A stretch of 64,000 nt of DNA, taken from the NCBI GenBank assembly GCA_951406725.2, contig OX597817.1, forward strand, positions 94,302,001 to 94,366,000. The letters are read 5' to 3'. Under the pieces are notes generated by a model. That model searched no databases, had not been told where the DNA came from, and saw nothing but the letters and a program-made list of their open reading frames with translations. The position numbers and the translations under genes are program-made. Below, piece by piece: positions 1 to 11,293 of this stretch (within the stretch, counting starts at the first letter, position 1; every line of letters begins with the position of its first letter). The stretch comes from Octopus vulgaris (Eukaryota).

Positions 1-158
1 ACGCCGGGTGAAATGCTTAGTGGTATTTCGTCTGCCGCTACGTTCTGAATTGAAATTCCGCCGAGGTCGACTTTGCCTTCCATCCTTTCAAGGTCGATAT
101 AATCGACTTAACTCCTCTCCCAAATTTGAGGTCTTGTGCTTCCAGTAGAAAGGATTAC
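1..158 (+). mobile_element. tRNA-derived SINE, family B, 5' end cut by window edge
   Basis: Body gccgaggtcgactttgccttccatccttt matches copies at 43107, 58815 and 61915; tail caaatttgaggtcttgtgc...agtagaaaggatt matches the 58815/61915 copies. Confidence 0.8.
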
Positions 159-159
159 C

Positions 160-1810
160 ATTTTTATTTTCTCTTTATCACAAGTTTTGTTGGAACTCCT
201 GGAGTCTTGCATGTGTAGCAGGCTTATTTTCTACAGCCTACGGTACCATGCTATTCTTTCTTTTCAGCTATCTAGTAATTTCATGATTATTCTGGCCGTG
301 CCAAGGAGGCAAACCTTTTGTAACAGCTCTACTGGGTACTCTATTCCAATTTCCTTTATATTCCCCTTGATGCCTTCTGATACTGTTCCCAAGAAACTGT
401 TCTATATATTTGTTTGCTTTTCTTGATATCATAATAATAATATTTGCTCAATCTTACAAACGTTTTCAGCGATGTGGTTTTGTCGACCGGGACTGCATCA
501 TCAACCAGGAGATAAGTCTTTTCCATAAGATTTTTCACAATGAGGTCTGGTCAGTTTTCCTGTATTTTCCGATCAACCTGAATACTGAAATTCAAAAAGA
601 GGCTTACCTTGGCATTCTGAGTAACTTGTGTTCCTACCAACTGTTTTTGTCAGGGAGGCTGTATGTGCAGTATATTGACCAGTGTATGTGTTAAGCTGCC
701 CTGTCATGAGTTTGCAAGTATTTTGTTCGTGCCAGTCTACTGCATCCAGAGATTATATTGTCAATTATTTGTGAGTACTCTCCGCATAAGCGGTATGATG
801 AGTTGCTTTCATATTGCAGGAAATTAATCTGGTAATTCCTAGTTGGAAGGAACTGGTCCTGAGCAGCAATGATATACCTCTCAGTGTCTGGTCAATGAGT
901 AAGTATTGATCTACAATAGGCTCCCTGATTATAGTAAGGTATTTGCCATGCAGTGGTCTTCATTACCAATTTCTCAACATATTGGAGGTTTATTTGTTTT
1001 GCTATGGTCTTTATTTGTTTTGCATGGTCAGTTGGGGACCTATTTTCATCTGGCACTGGTTTTATCATGTTGCATTTCTCGGAGGTATATTTTCGTGTTT
1101 TTTTATTTATTTATTTTTTATTTTTCAGAACCGACATTAACATCCAGGTGTTTGCTTGTTGCAGATAAGCAGAAATCTCATTTTTCCAGTTTTTAATAAG
1201 AGTTAGGATTGTATTAACTCCTGACCGCTTTCTTTTTGGGGGCCTATATTCGGTCTGTATCTGATTTTGGGTGATGCATACGATGCGTTGTCAATCAACT
1301 TTGTGGATCCCGGAGAGGGACAAGTTTATAATATTGAAGCTGTATATGATTATGGGCATAGTCAATGTGCTTATGACCTCAATTTTAGAATGACCCTTAC
1401 TCTTCGGTATAACTCCTTCCCTATCTTTTCTGTGGGTGTTTAATGCCACCTCTTACACATTCTTCTAAATACTTATAATTGCGATGATGTTAAAATCCTT
1501 TATCTATGTGTCTCTAGGGTGATGTTGCATGTGTTTGATATTTTCCCTCGGTAACTGTAATCTTAGAGCATTTGTCGAGTCCAAATTCCGTATTGATACT
1601 ATCACTAAATTATTTGACTGTGTGTAGGAGTTCTTGCAGTTATTGGTCAATTTTGCGAAAAGTTTCAGGTCATCCATATGGAGGAGATAATCAACTGTTT
1701 TTCTGTATACCCTGTATCCATAATTTGTTTAATCCAGGAGTTTATTAGACGAAAGAGAGCTAAGCAAAATAATAAAGGAGATAACGAGTCTCCTTCAAAG
1801 AGCTTCTTGG
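160..1810 (-). mobile_element. Degenerate RLE-type non-LTR retrotransposon (Dong/R4-like), RT to endonuclease
   Basis: Minus-strand remnants FEGDSLSPLLFCLAL (~1760-1800), HMDDLKLFAK and FGLDKC (~1565-1680), AAQDQFLPTRNY (~830-870) and RLSKYY (~440-460); many stops; homologous to 59677-61890. Confidence 0.75.
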
Positions 1811-3481
1811 CAAGGTGTGCTTTTGATACTCAGTCGAGTAGAGGGATACTAAGGGGAGCATGGGAATTGCGGGCGCGAGCCTGAGTGAAACCACCTGTAT
1901 TGATGACATTGCATGAGCAATGGACAATGATTGTCATCCTCGGTTAATAATGGACAGCCATCATGCACGCATGTATGTATGTATGTATGTATGTATGTAT
2001 GTATGTATGATTGTATGTATGTATGATTGTATGTATGTATGTATGTAGTAATTGTATGGCTAAATACTTTGTAGTTCAACCAAAAGTATTTAGTCGTTTA
2101 AAGCGAATAAAGCAGTGAACAATCGGATTCAAAGCGATGATAGAGCATGATAAACATAATCTGTAGGTTTTAGTCAATAGTGAATGTAAGATATAGATTA
2201 TATCCTCATGGAGAGAAAAACAGCCGAGGTAGTTTCCATCTCCTATTGGTATTTCATCATAGATCGAGAACCCTCGATTTATGCACCTGTAGTTTAATAA
2301 TTAAAATCTGCTGACAAGATGGTGTTATACATGTAAACTGTCTATCCAGTTTCCTAAAGCCTTGGATTAAATGGTTCTATAAGCAGCAGCTCTTGTCGAT
2401 AGTAACAGAAATTGTTATGTTTGTCGAAACAGGATCGGTTGGGAAGTGCGAACATAATTCTGGAATATAAAGCTTGAGAAGAAAAAGACATTTTGATTGA
2501 TTAAGCGATATTACTAATCCTAAATGAATTATCTATAATCTAGAGCTTCCTCTCGCTCCTTATTTATTTATTTATTTATTTTTGCTCCATACAGATCTTT
2601 GACAAGTCAATTACTCTGAGAATTTGTATACAATTCGATCGTAAATTATACTCATATTTGATATTTAAACAAGTACACGCGCACACGCACGTACGCATGC
2701 GCACATACACACACATTATATTATACATAGATGTGTGTGTGTGCATGTGTATGTGTGTGTGTGCGTGTGTGTGTGTGTGTAATGCCTCTCCATGGCTTTC
2801 GGTGATACGTGTTCAATGACTCGATTACCTAAAATAACTACTCCATGAAGTGACGTGAGAGTGGCTAAGTATTCCGAAGGCACATGAACCCTTAAGTTCA
2901 TCTTCAATATGTATAAAAGTTGGATCTTTGAATGTGTAGTACAATTCTTTCGACGGTTTCTTTACAGTTTACATCAACCCAATATCACAAGTTATATTTT
3001 ATCGATATCTATCCATCGAGCCGCAACAAAATTTCATAGATATGAAATTACTGTTACAGCCTTAGAGTACAAACCGTTTTCAGTTTTAAAATTGTTTTTT
3101 TATTTTTTATTTTCATATGATACTTCAGAGATATCATCAATGAGTTATTTCAAATATAAATATGGGTGAGATCTTCTCTGTCCATGAAACTATCCCTTGT
3201 TTTTGGTGTCTTTCTAAAGGAGCGCTTACGTGCTCTGTATTGTTTGTGTCATGTCGTGTTTTTCGGTCAAAGCAATAATTCCCACGCATAGCCTGACACC
3301 ATTTATCTCCTGATGTGACATCATGCCACAAATAGGAAGGTAGCTAATTGATTGTGGGCAGTCCTACGCAGCTGTTTTTGATATTATCGCATTCTTCTAG
3401 AAGAGTATGCAACAGTATCATAACACTAAGTTGATTTGCTGCTCTCTCTCTCTCTCTTTTTAAACATGTTAAACTTCCTGC

Positions 3482-3513
<32 letters not shown>

Positions 3514-3859
3514 TTCCCGTTTTCATTATAAGCATACACATACACGCACGCAAGCAGACAAACACATACACACACTCATACATACATACATACATACATA
3601 CATACATACATACATACATACATACACACATACATACATCTACTTAAGCGCCGTTGTAACATAATTACCTACGATATCCACTTGGTTGAAAAAGCCTATC
3701 TTAGATTAATCGAATTTAGAAATAACTGTTGATGATTACCAGCTATCACAACACTGCTTGTATAGATCTATTGCATCTCAATTTGATAGACTTTCAAAAT
3801 ACGGGATAGTCCTTTCAGGAACGCCTTTGATCAAAGGCCATATATATGTGTTCTTAGAT

Positions 3860-6188
3860 CAGGCTTGCCAAATGTATTTTGATGAAAGTACCAAGTTTTG
3901 CTCAAAAAGTGCCAAAATTTAAATATTGCCTATAATTCAACAGAAATGCGTAATATATATTATTTATATTATACAGTGCTTTATTTTAAAGTGACCTACA
4001 CATATTTAATGTACTTACTTTATAATTAGAAGGCTGCATCGTGAACAGGATGAGGTTCCTCTTTGTACTAATGTCCTTGTCATTCTTTTACTTTAGCACA
4101 AAGCTTTGCATCGGGTGCATAAGTTGTGCAGTTTACATTATGAAGAAGACTTTGTGAATGTAGCAGAGCATTGATTGTTTGGGTATGCAGTTTAAACCTA
4201 TTCTTGATTTTAATATTATTTAGGACTGAAAATACTCTCTCGGCTGCAGTAGCAATGATAAGAGCCGAAGCATAAAGCACTATATGACCGGATAATGAGC
4301 TTCATATCCGCATTTTTCATTAGAAATTTTATACCAGTAATCTTCTGGTTAAGTAGCTTCATTTATGTCATTGTTATCTTGAAGTTTAAGTTCTCTCCAA
4401 TCTTTATTAAGAGCTTCAATCTGACTCTCCTGAACAATATTTGGAAATGTGCATACCAGAGGAACAATTGAACTTGGACCATTGCAACCACGAATGCTAA
4501 CTGGGCTTAGTGTCTCTAGAAGCTTCAGATTACAGAAGACATCATGTGCAAAGAAGCACTGAAAAAATTCCTTCCTAAGGTGCACATAAAATTTTAATGT
4601 TTTCACAGGAAATTGTTTCAATTCAGTTGTACTAATAGATGAAGCTTTCTTTATGTAAATGCTTTCAACTTTTACTCCTGTGTAAATTTCAGTTATGGAA
4701 AATGGATCATTGGTATTAATTTCATGTAGCTCTTTATTTTTCACAATTTCTTTTTTTAACAAAATTACCAAACATTCCCTTAAGAGTTCATGTAACAGAT
4801 TTGTGCAGTTTATGCATTCTGTAGCTACTGATTGGAAATCTAAGTTCAACTTAATAATATCTGGCAAAATATATGTTTAAAATTCACAATACATATCTGT
4901 GATTGGATTTGTTAATGAGTTCAGTACATTTGAAGCTGCCCTGTTGTTATCTTCAATAGCCTTTGATACACAGTTATGCATAGAGTGACAAACACAACCC
5001 TGAATAAAGAGAGAAGGAACTTTGTACTTCAGTAATACTTGCACACCTCCCTTCTGTCCCATCATTACATTAGCATTGTCATTGGCAAATTCTTTCAAAT
5101 GTTCGAAAGGAATATCATTTTGAGGTGAAGAGTTTTCAATAGAGGAAAAATTCCGTTACCAGAGCAATCCTTCTCTTCCTAAAGAATTAAATAACAATGA
5201 ATAATTTTTTGAGTGCTACAGTCATAAAATCTAGCAAACAGAACAAGCTGTTTTTTTTTTTAATCTGTAGTTTCATCAACAATTAATGAAAACTTATGTT
5301 TAATGAGGTTTTTAAAGTCATATGGGCCTAAAACATTTTTATATATTTGAATAGCTTTGGTTCTGGCACATTTAATATCTTCAGTTTTTTTGGAATCTGG
5401 ACATGCATTCTGAATTAGTCCAGGTAAATGACCCATAAGTCTCACTGGTAAGTTATGTTCGGCAATGAAGGGACAAAGCTTAAGCTCTGCAGCTGCTACG
5501 TTTGTAATATGAACAGAAGTTGCAGGTTGCCAGAAGTCGCTCTGTTTTCCACTTTTATTTTCTGAATTAACATTTTAGATATGTTTATCCGTTTTTCCGT
5601 GCCTCTCCAGATGAGTTACGCTGCCTTGAATTTCACAACGACAAAATTTACAGTATGCTCTTTCGATATTTGTTGGATAGTTTATGATTATATTGTTTAA
5701 TTCTTTTCTTTATCGGAGTTAAACTAAGTCAATTTCATCACTGCTTTTATCTTTCGTATTCTTGCTCATCATGAAGATTATAAATAACTTATAGTTGATA
5801 AAAGTTTAACGAGATAGTAAGGAAGCTCTTGTCACTTGTGTATAAAACATGCTACTGACTGGCATTAGAGACGGCAACCCGGTGATATTGGATGGTATGT
5901 ACAATACACGCATTGAACACGTGTTATACTAACTAGCTACCAATTAGCTATAAACTGCCTCGTTATTAAACGTCGCAAAATAAATTTTGATATAAAATAG
6001 TTAGTTCAAAAGTAATGCAATGTATTCATTGTTACATTGTTCACTTACATAGGCTGTAAACATTTTATTTTTACATAAAGTGAAAAGATTTGAAAAAAGT
6101 GCCAAATTATTGCAACATAGTACCAAAAGTATTACCGCACACTAAAAGTACCAAATGTGAAATAATAATACTAGGGTCGGCAAGCCTG
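3860..6188 (-). mobile_element. hAT-superfamily DNA transposon, both ends present, transposase disrupted
   Basis: 10-bp TIR caggcttgcc (3860)/ggcaagcctg (6179-6188); 8-bp TSD tcttagat (3852-3859, 6189-6196); minus-strand motifs AYCKFC..H (BED-like), FSLIVDETTD, DNANVMMG, CVCHSMH, AERVFS. Confidence 0.92.
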
Positions 6189-7372
6189 TCTTAGATAATG
6201 TCAGTTAAGGAGTATTATGCCTAAGAGAGGGAGTGGACTTTGACTAAAATTCACCGAGTGTCTGAGCTGCTTAAAGCATCAGTTGAAACAGCCTGATATC
6301 ACAGTCTCAGAAGAAGAAAAAACTATTGGATAATGTGGTCATAGATGCAATGAGTCTGGTCAGATACTAGAATGGTGACAACTAGAAAGTGTTTGATCAT
6401 AGATCTCTTGAATCAGGATTGATGTTAAACATCATCCACACACACACATCATACGAGGAATTGAACAGTGTTTGTGCATTGGTTCAATATGTCACAGGTT
6501 AATGAAAGATGCAATGAAAGATGTAGTGGTGGTGATGATAGTGTTGTTGGCATTGTTATTGGACAGTGAAGGTGTCCTCAGTGATGGAATAATCGATGAT
6601 GGAGGTGTTGTTGTAGTGGTGATGGTGGTTATTGTAGTGGTAGTAGTTGTGGTAGTTGTTGTAGAGATGGTTGTGGTGGCGACAATAGTGATAATTATAA
6701 TGATGGATGTTGTGATTTCGTTTAGTAGTGGATTTGATGTTTTTCATTTAAACGTTACAGTGTGTGGTCTTTTTGGTACAGCGGGCGATAGTGTTGCTGT
6801 TGTTGCTGTTGTTGTTGTTGATGATGATGATGATGATGACGACGACAACGACGACGACGATGATGATGATGATGATGATGAGGGTGGTGGTGGCGGTGGT
6901 GGTGGTTGCGGTGGTGGTGGTGGTGGTGATATACCATTCGAGAAGATCTAAATGGAGTAAGTCTGTCAAGATTCGGTGCATTTATTTCCGCCTAATCTTT
7001 GATTGCATGAACGGAAGAATCGTCTAATGTTGCCAGTAAAACAGTAGCTTTGCCACAGCCTCACCACAAGCAATCTCCCACACACATATGGCCACCACCT
7101 TTAAATAGTCACTTACATGTTGACACATGTATGTCACACACTTCTATACATCTACACGTGTATTTGCGCATATATTATAAATATACACAGAGGCACACGG
7201 AAACATACGCAAATATAAATATTCACATATTACCACATATATCTATGAATGTTGATTTGTATGTATGTATGTATGCATGCATGTATATATGTATGCATGT
7301 GTGTATGTGTGTATGTGTGTATGTATGTATGTATGCACCAGACACACACATACACACACATATTTATATATC

Positions 7373-7415
<43 letters not shown>

Positions 7416-7679
7416 ACACAAACACACCGCACACTTAGCAACTCTAGTTGCCTATCGAGGAATATAAAAAGAACTTTTTTGCAGCTCATGGTTCTTCGAT
7501 AAAAGGAAATTAAATCCTGAACCTTCCGTCTCAATAAATCACTATTGCTCCTGAAAGCTGTTTTTTATATTTACTACGGATTGCTTGAAGCTAACTTTCT
7601 CTCTACGTCTCGATCTCTGGATCTTACATTTATATATGTATATGTGTGTGCGTGCGGTCGAGGCAATGTTACGCCACCT

Positions 7680-8760
7680 CCTCTAGGTAGACGAGCTTAC
7701 CCTTTAGTTTGACTTGGGCCTCCCAGTCTGATAATGGATGTAGAAAAAAACGGGTCTCCTACTGTTGCTTTTGCTTTAAAAGCCTCCTTGTCATCTTCGC
7801 TTAAAATATATCTGATACTCTTTGGTGTTGATGGCTTCTGTTTGCTGACCTTAACTCTCTGCAGATCCATTAATTTGATAGTTTCTTGTACCGACCTTCT
7901 CGCAGTACCCTAGAACATCCGGTACGAGTGTTGCTCCTCACTTCTTGCAAGACGGACCTTCCTCTTTACTCCATATGTTAAGATTATTTGGGGTTGTCAA
8001 GAACGGTGGCACACACTAAAAATGACAATTTTCAATGGTTAGCACTCCAGAGTTCCAACCGAGGAAACTGAAAGCTCGAGGACCTAGTTTCACTGTATCT
8101 AATGTCCCTGGCAGGCAAGCTCTACCGCTGTTACACAGCGTCCTTCCTCTGTTGAATCGCAGATCCTTTGCAATATAACTTTCCATTGCCCATGGTATTA
8201 GTATTTTTCCACCTCTCGGTGCTGTAGTTACCATGTCCTAGGTGTCCTTGACTACTACAATAATCTCCTGATGCTTCCTGTACGTTTTCGTTTCCTTCAT
8301 TCCTTCCTAATGATTCCACCTTTTGTTGCGCTTTGTGGCCTTGTCGCGTTTGACTTCATAATCATCGAGTAGTAACAACGTGCTGACTGCTCTTACTTCA
8401 GTGGCTTCGAATTCCTCCGGCATTGTTGAAATTGGTAGAAGCTTAGAGGTATTGCTTTACAGGTAGATTGACCGGAGAGTTAAGGGAAAGGGAACGCCCA
8501 ATCACCTTCGCGTTAATTTAATGCACAACTTTTCCAGTGTTTCCATCTTAGTCATGGCAAAGCCATATAGCAAGACTGACCACAGCAATCTGGGTGCTTA
8601 AACTGGAAGCACTCCACTTTAAACCTTCTAAGTAGCTGGTTTTTATCAACTGCCTTCAGACTCTTCTTTAGTTGGGTTTTAATGTCATTGTCCTTAAGGA
8701 TAAAATCGTAATTCTTCCCAAGGCATCGGATTCTTTTCTCTTAGATTGTTAGCATCTCAG
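7680..8760 (-). mobile_element. Heavily decayed Hero-like RLE non-LTR retrotransposon fragment
   Basis: Remnant minus-strand peptides EKRIRCLGKNYDFILKD, LKAVDKNQL..FK, LPISTMPEEF and QGHLG resemble the post-RT region of Hero-clade ORFs; recognised by eye only. Confidence 0.5.
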
Positions 8761-9044
8761 ACCCTTAAAAGCAAACGATGTTATTTCCGTCAACATTTCT
8801 GTAAGCCTTACAGAAATGTTGACAGAAATGACATGATTCGAAAGAATCAGGTATGTAACTAGTAAAAGCACCAAGGTACAGTCGAGGACAGAGCACCTGT
8901 GTACCGACAATGTATATTGACATATACGTACTTACTGAAGTAAACACGGATTTGTAACCGGGTTACACAATCTGCACGTATTTCACTTCGGCTACAGACT
9001 CCGAGTTAGGTGATGAATAAATAATAATATAGATAGGTTTGCGG

Positions 9045-9121
9045 TTCACTACAGCTGTTTCAGACGTGTTCTTTACTAAACAAAAGTGTTAGCTCATCCA
9101 AAAAAGTTTCCATCAGGTGAA
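9045..9121 (-). ncRNA. Degenerate minimal hammerhead ribozyme motif (pLTR remnant)
   Basis: ttcac-CTGATGG-stem II-GAA-ACAGCTGT-A-gtgaa; stem I and palindromic stem III intact, core A9 changed to G. Confidence 0.55.
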
Positions 9122-9149
9122 TGCAAGTAAGAATTAAAAATAATTTCTT

Positions 9150-9728
9150 ACAAACAGGACATAGTGCCACATAACTCACCCGACCAAAGATACTCGAAGT
9201 GGAAAAGTTATTGCTTAATTTTACAAATGAGAAACAGTTAGCTGGTGACAGTATCCGTGAAGCATTTATCTGTGAGAAAGCATTATAAATTTAAAGTAAA
9301 CTCTGGTACAAGTGCTGAAAGTGATACTTTTGAATTAAAAGCTAGAAGAAGCTGGCTCGAGAAATTTAAGCAGAAAAGTTAAATACACAATGTACTTAGG
9401 CATGGAGAAACGGCGAGTTCAAACAAGGAAGTGGCTGAGAAATTTGTGACTGAGTTTAGTGACTTGATAAAGGAGGGAGGTTATCTCCCCCAACAGGTGT
9501 TTAATGGGGATGAAACAGAATTGTTTTGGAAACGAACGCCAAATAGGCCCTATATTACTAAGGAGGAGAAAGTGTTGCCAGGGCGCAAACCAATGAAAGA
9601 TAGACTCACTCTTTTGCTATGCGGCAACGCATGTGGCTATTTCAAGGTCAATCTATTGCTTGTTTACCATTCCGATAATCCGAAGGTTTTCAAAAGAAAC
9701 AATGTTATGAAAAGTAAATTGCCTGTTA
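9150..9728 (+). mobile_element. Tigger/pogo transposon, 5' part (CENP-B-type HTH to start of DDE_1)
   Basis: GYLPQQVFNGDETELFWKRTPNRPYITKEEK..PGRKPMKDRLTLLLCGNA..NNVMKSKLPV; the reading continues at 15317 after the inserted SINE. Confidence 0.88.
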
Positions 9729-9766
9729 GGCGCAGGAGTGGCTGTGTGGTAAGTAGCTTGCTAACC
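9729..9766 (+). mobile_element. SINE family A, 5' head fragment (split by LINE insertion)
   Basis: gcgcaggagtggctgtgtggtaagtagcttg matches the head of the uninterrupted copy at 44499. Confidence 0.9.
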
Positions 9767-10155
9767 TCACTGACAGAAGAGTGACTTTGCTTACCGTACT
9801 ACGGTTTGGACGCGTTTTCTTCCCGGTAAGAATTTTGCTGTGTTGTTAATTGTTGAATTCCTACAACTGAAAATTTGCCTTTAAACGTTGCTGAACTGTC
9901 TTGTTCTCCGGTTTTACCGGGAAATAATTGAATAATTTCTTACCGTTGAACTGTTAGCCACTGTGGCTTGTTATTTACGTGACTATATATAGTCCTGCCA
10001 GACTATTTTCGTGCCCCTCCCCCGAATGGGGGTGGGAATTGGAATTTTTGAACTGCTTTTTTGAACTACTTTGGAAGAAAAACTTTCTATAGGTTTCCCA
10101 GTTTTGTGGGAAACCAATACTCGTAATTTTTGTGTTGTCTAATTTCAACAGAATA

Positions 10156-11272
10156 ATGTCTGTTGAAATTATTCACGAAAGTAGTGCTCTTGAGGAGAGC
10201 AATGTTAAAAAATTTTCTGAGGTAGCCGCAGTGGTTGCCGAGAACATTGACATCGATGTCAACCAGCTCGTCGAGCTATTTAAAAGAATGCAAGAGGAGG
10301 GTGGTGATGTTAAAATATCACCCTCCGCCAGTATCGTGGAGACCGAGAAGCGGACCGTAGTGTTTAAAACTTTCTGTCCACAAAGCAGAAGGTTTAAACA
10401 CTTTGAAAAAAGCACCATCGAGAAATGCCTGTCCCCGATTTGGAAGGACATCGTGTAAGTCGCCAGGGGACGGGCATATGGCACTGTGGATGTCCGCTTC
10501 TCGGGGAAGAAATGGCCCGCGGGCATTCTGTAAACCCCCTAAAAACCAAGGAGGTGGTACTTTTTCCAAGCTATAGGGGACGCAGGACGTCCCGGGTCAG
10601 GATTGTAGAAGCCCCGCCGGAAGTAGATCCGGTAGAGGTAGTGGCCGCCCTATTATATAAAAGGGCGGACAAAATAAAAATACTAGAAGTAACATGCTCT
10701 ACTCCTCGATTTTGGCTCGGGCGTAACATTAATATATTAATTCAAGGAACAGCGGAGGACCTGCAGCTCCTTCCTGAGAGGGTGCTCGTGGGCGAGAACG
10801 TATCCCTCAGGGTACAGGTCGAAGGCCGAAAACCCACCTGTTACGCCTGCGGCAAAAAGGGCCACATTCGTGTAGACTGTCCAGACAAGCAAAAGAAACC
10901 GCAGACACCAGGCCCCTCAGATAATAAAAAAGTCCCTACCCTTGCAAACACACCTACCCCTAAAAAACAAAAAATCCCACTCCTGCTGTTACGGTGCCAA
11001 CCCCAAAACAGACTGAAGAAAAAACCCAGCCCTCGCACTCACAAACCCCTACACTATTAAAACCTCCCACCCCCCTAAAAACTGTACAACAAATACAAAG
11101 ATCGAAATAGACACGCGTGGATTGCGGAAACAACGTTCAAACAATTAAAAGACAGACACCCAAACGCCATCCGGCATGTCGCGAACTTGCCGGACTATCT
11201 GAAGAAAGAGGAGAAAGAAGGGGCCCACAAACGTGTGGTGAGGTCGGCCCCCAGCTCTCCAACGAAATGTAA
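10156..11272 (+). pseudogene. LINE ORF1 (nucleic-acid-binding protein with CCHC zinc knuckle), disrupted
   Basis: Starts MSVEIIHESS; stop at 10456-10458 and frameshifts; VEGRKPTCYACGKKGHIRVDC (CX2CX4HX4C) followed by a Lys/Pro-rich tail. Confidence 0.82.
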
Positions 11273-11293
11273 GTAGAACTTTTACTTTTTGTA

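Noticed and set aside
2280-2470. Possible GIY-YIG C-terminal remnant (minus strand RQELLLIEPFNPRL)
   Set aside because: Too short and degenerate to support a call without a profile search.
10440-10540. Programmed readthrough or frameshift in LINE ORF1
   Set aside because: ORF2 of the same copy also has a frameshift and a stop, so ordinary post-insertion decay is the simpler explanation.
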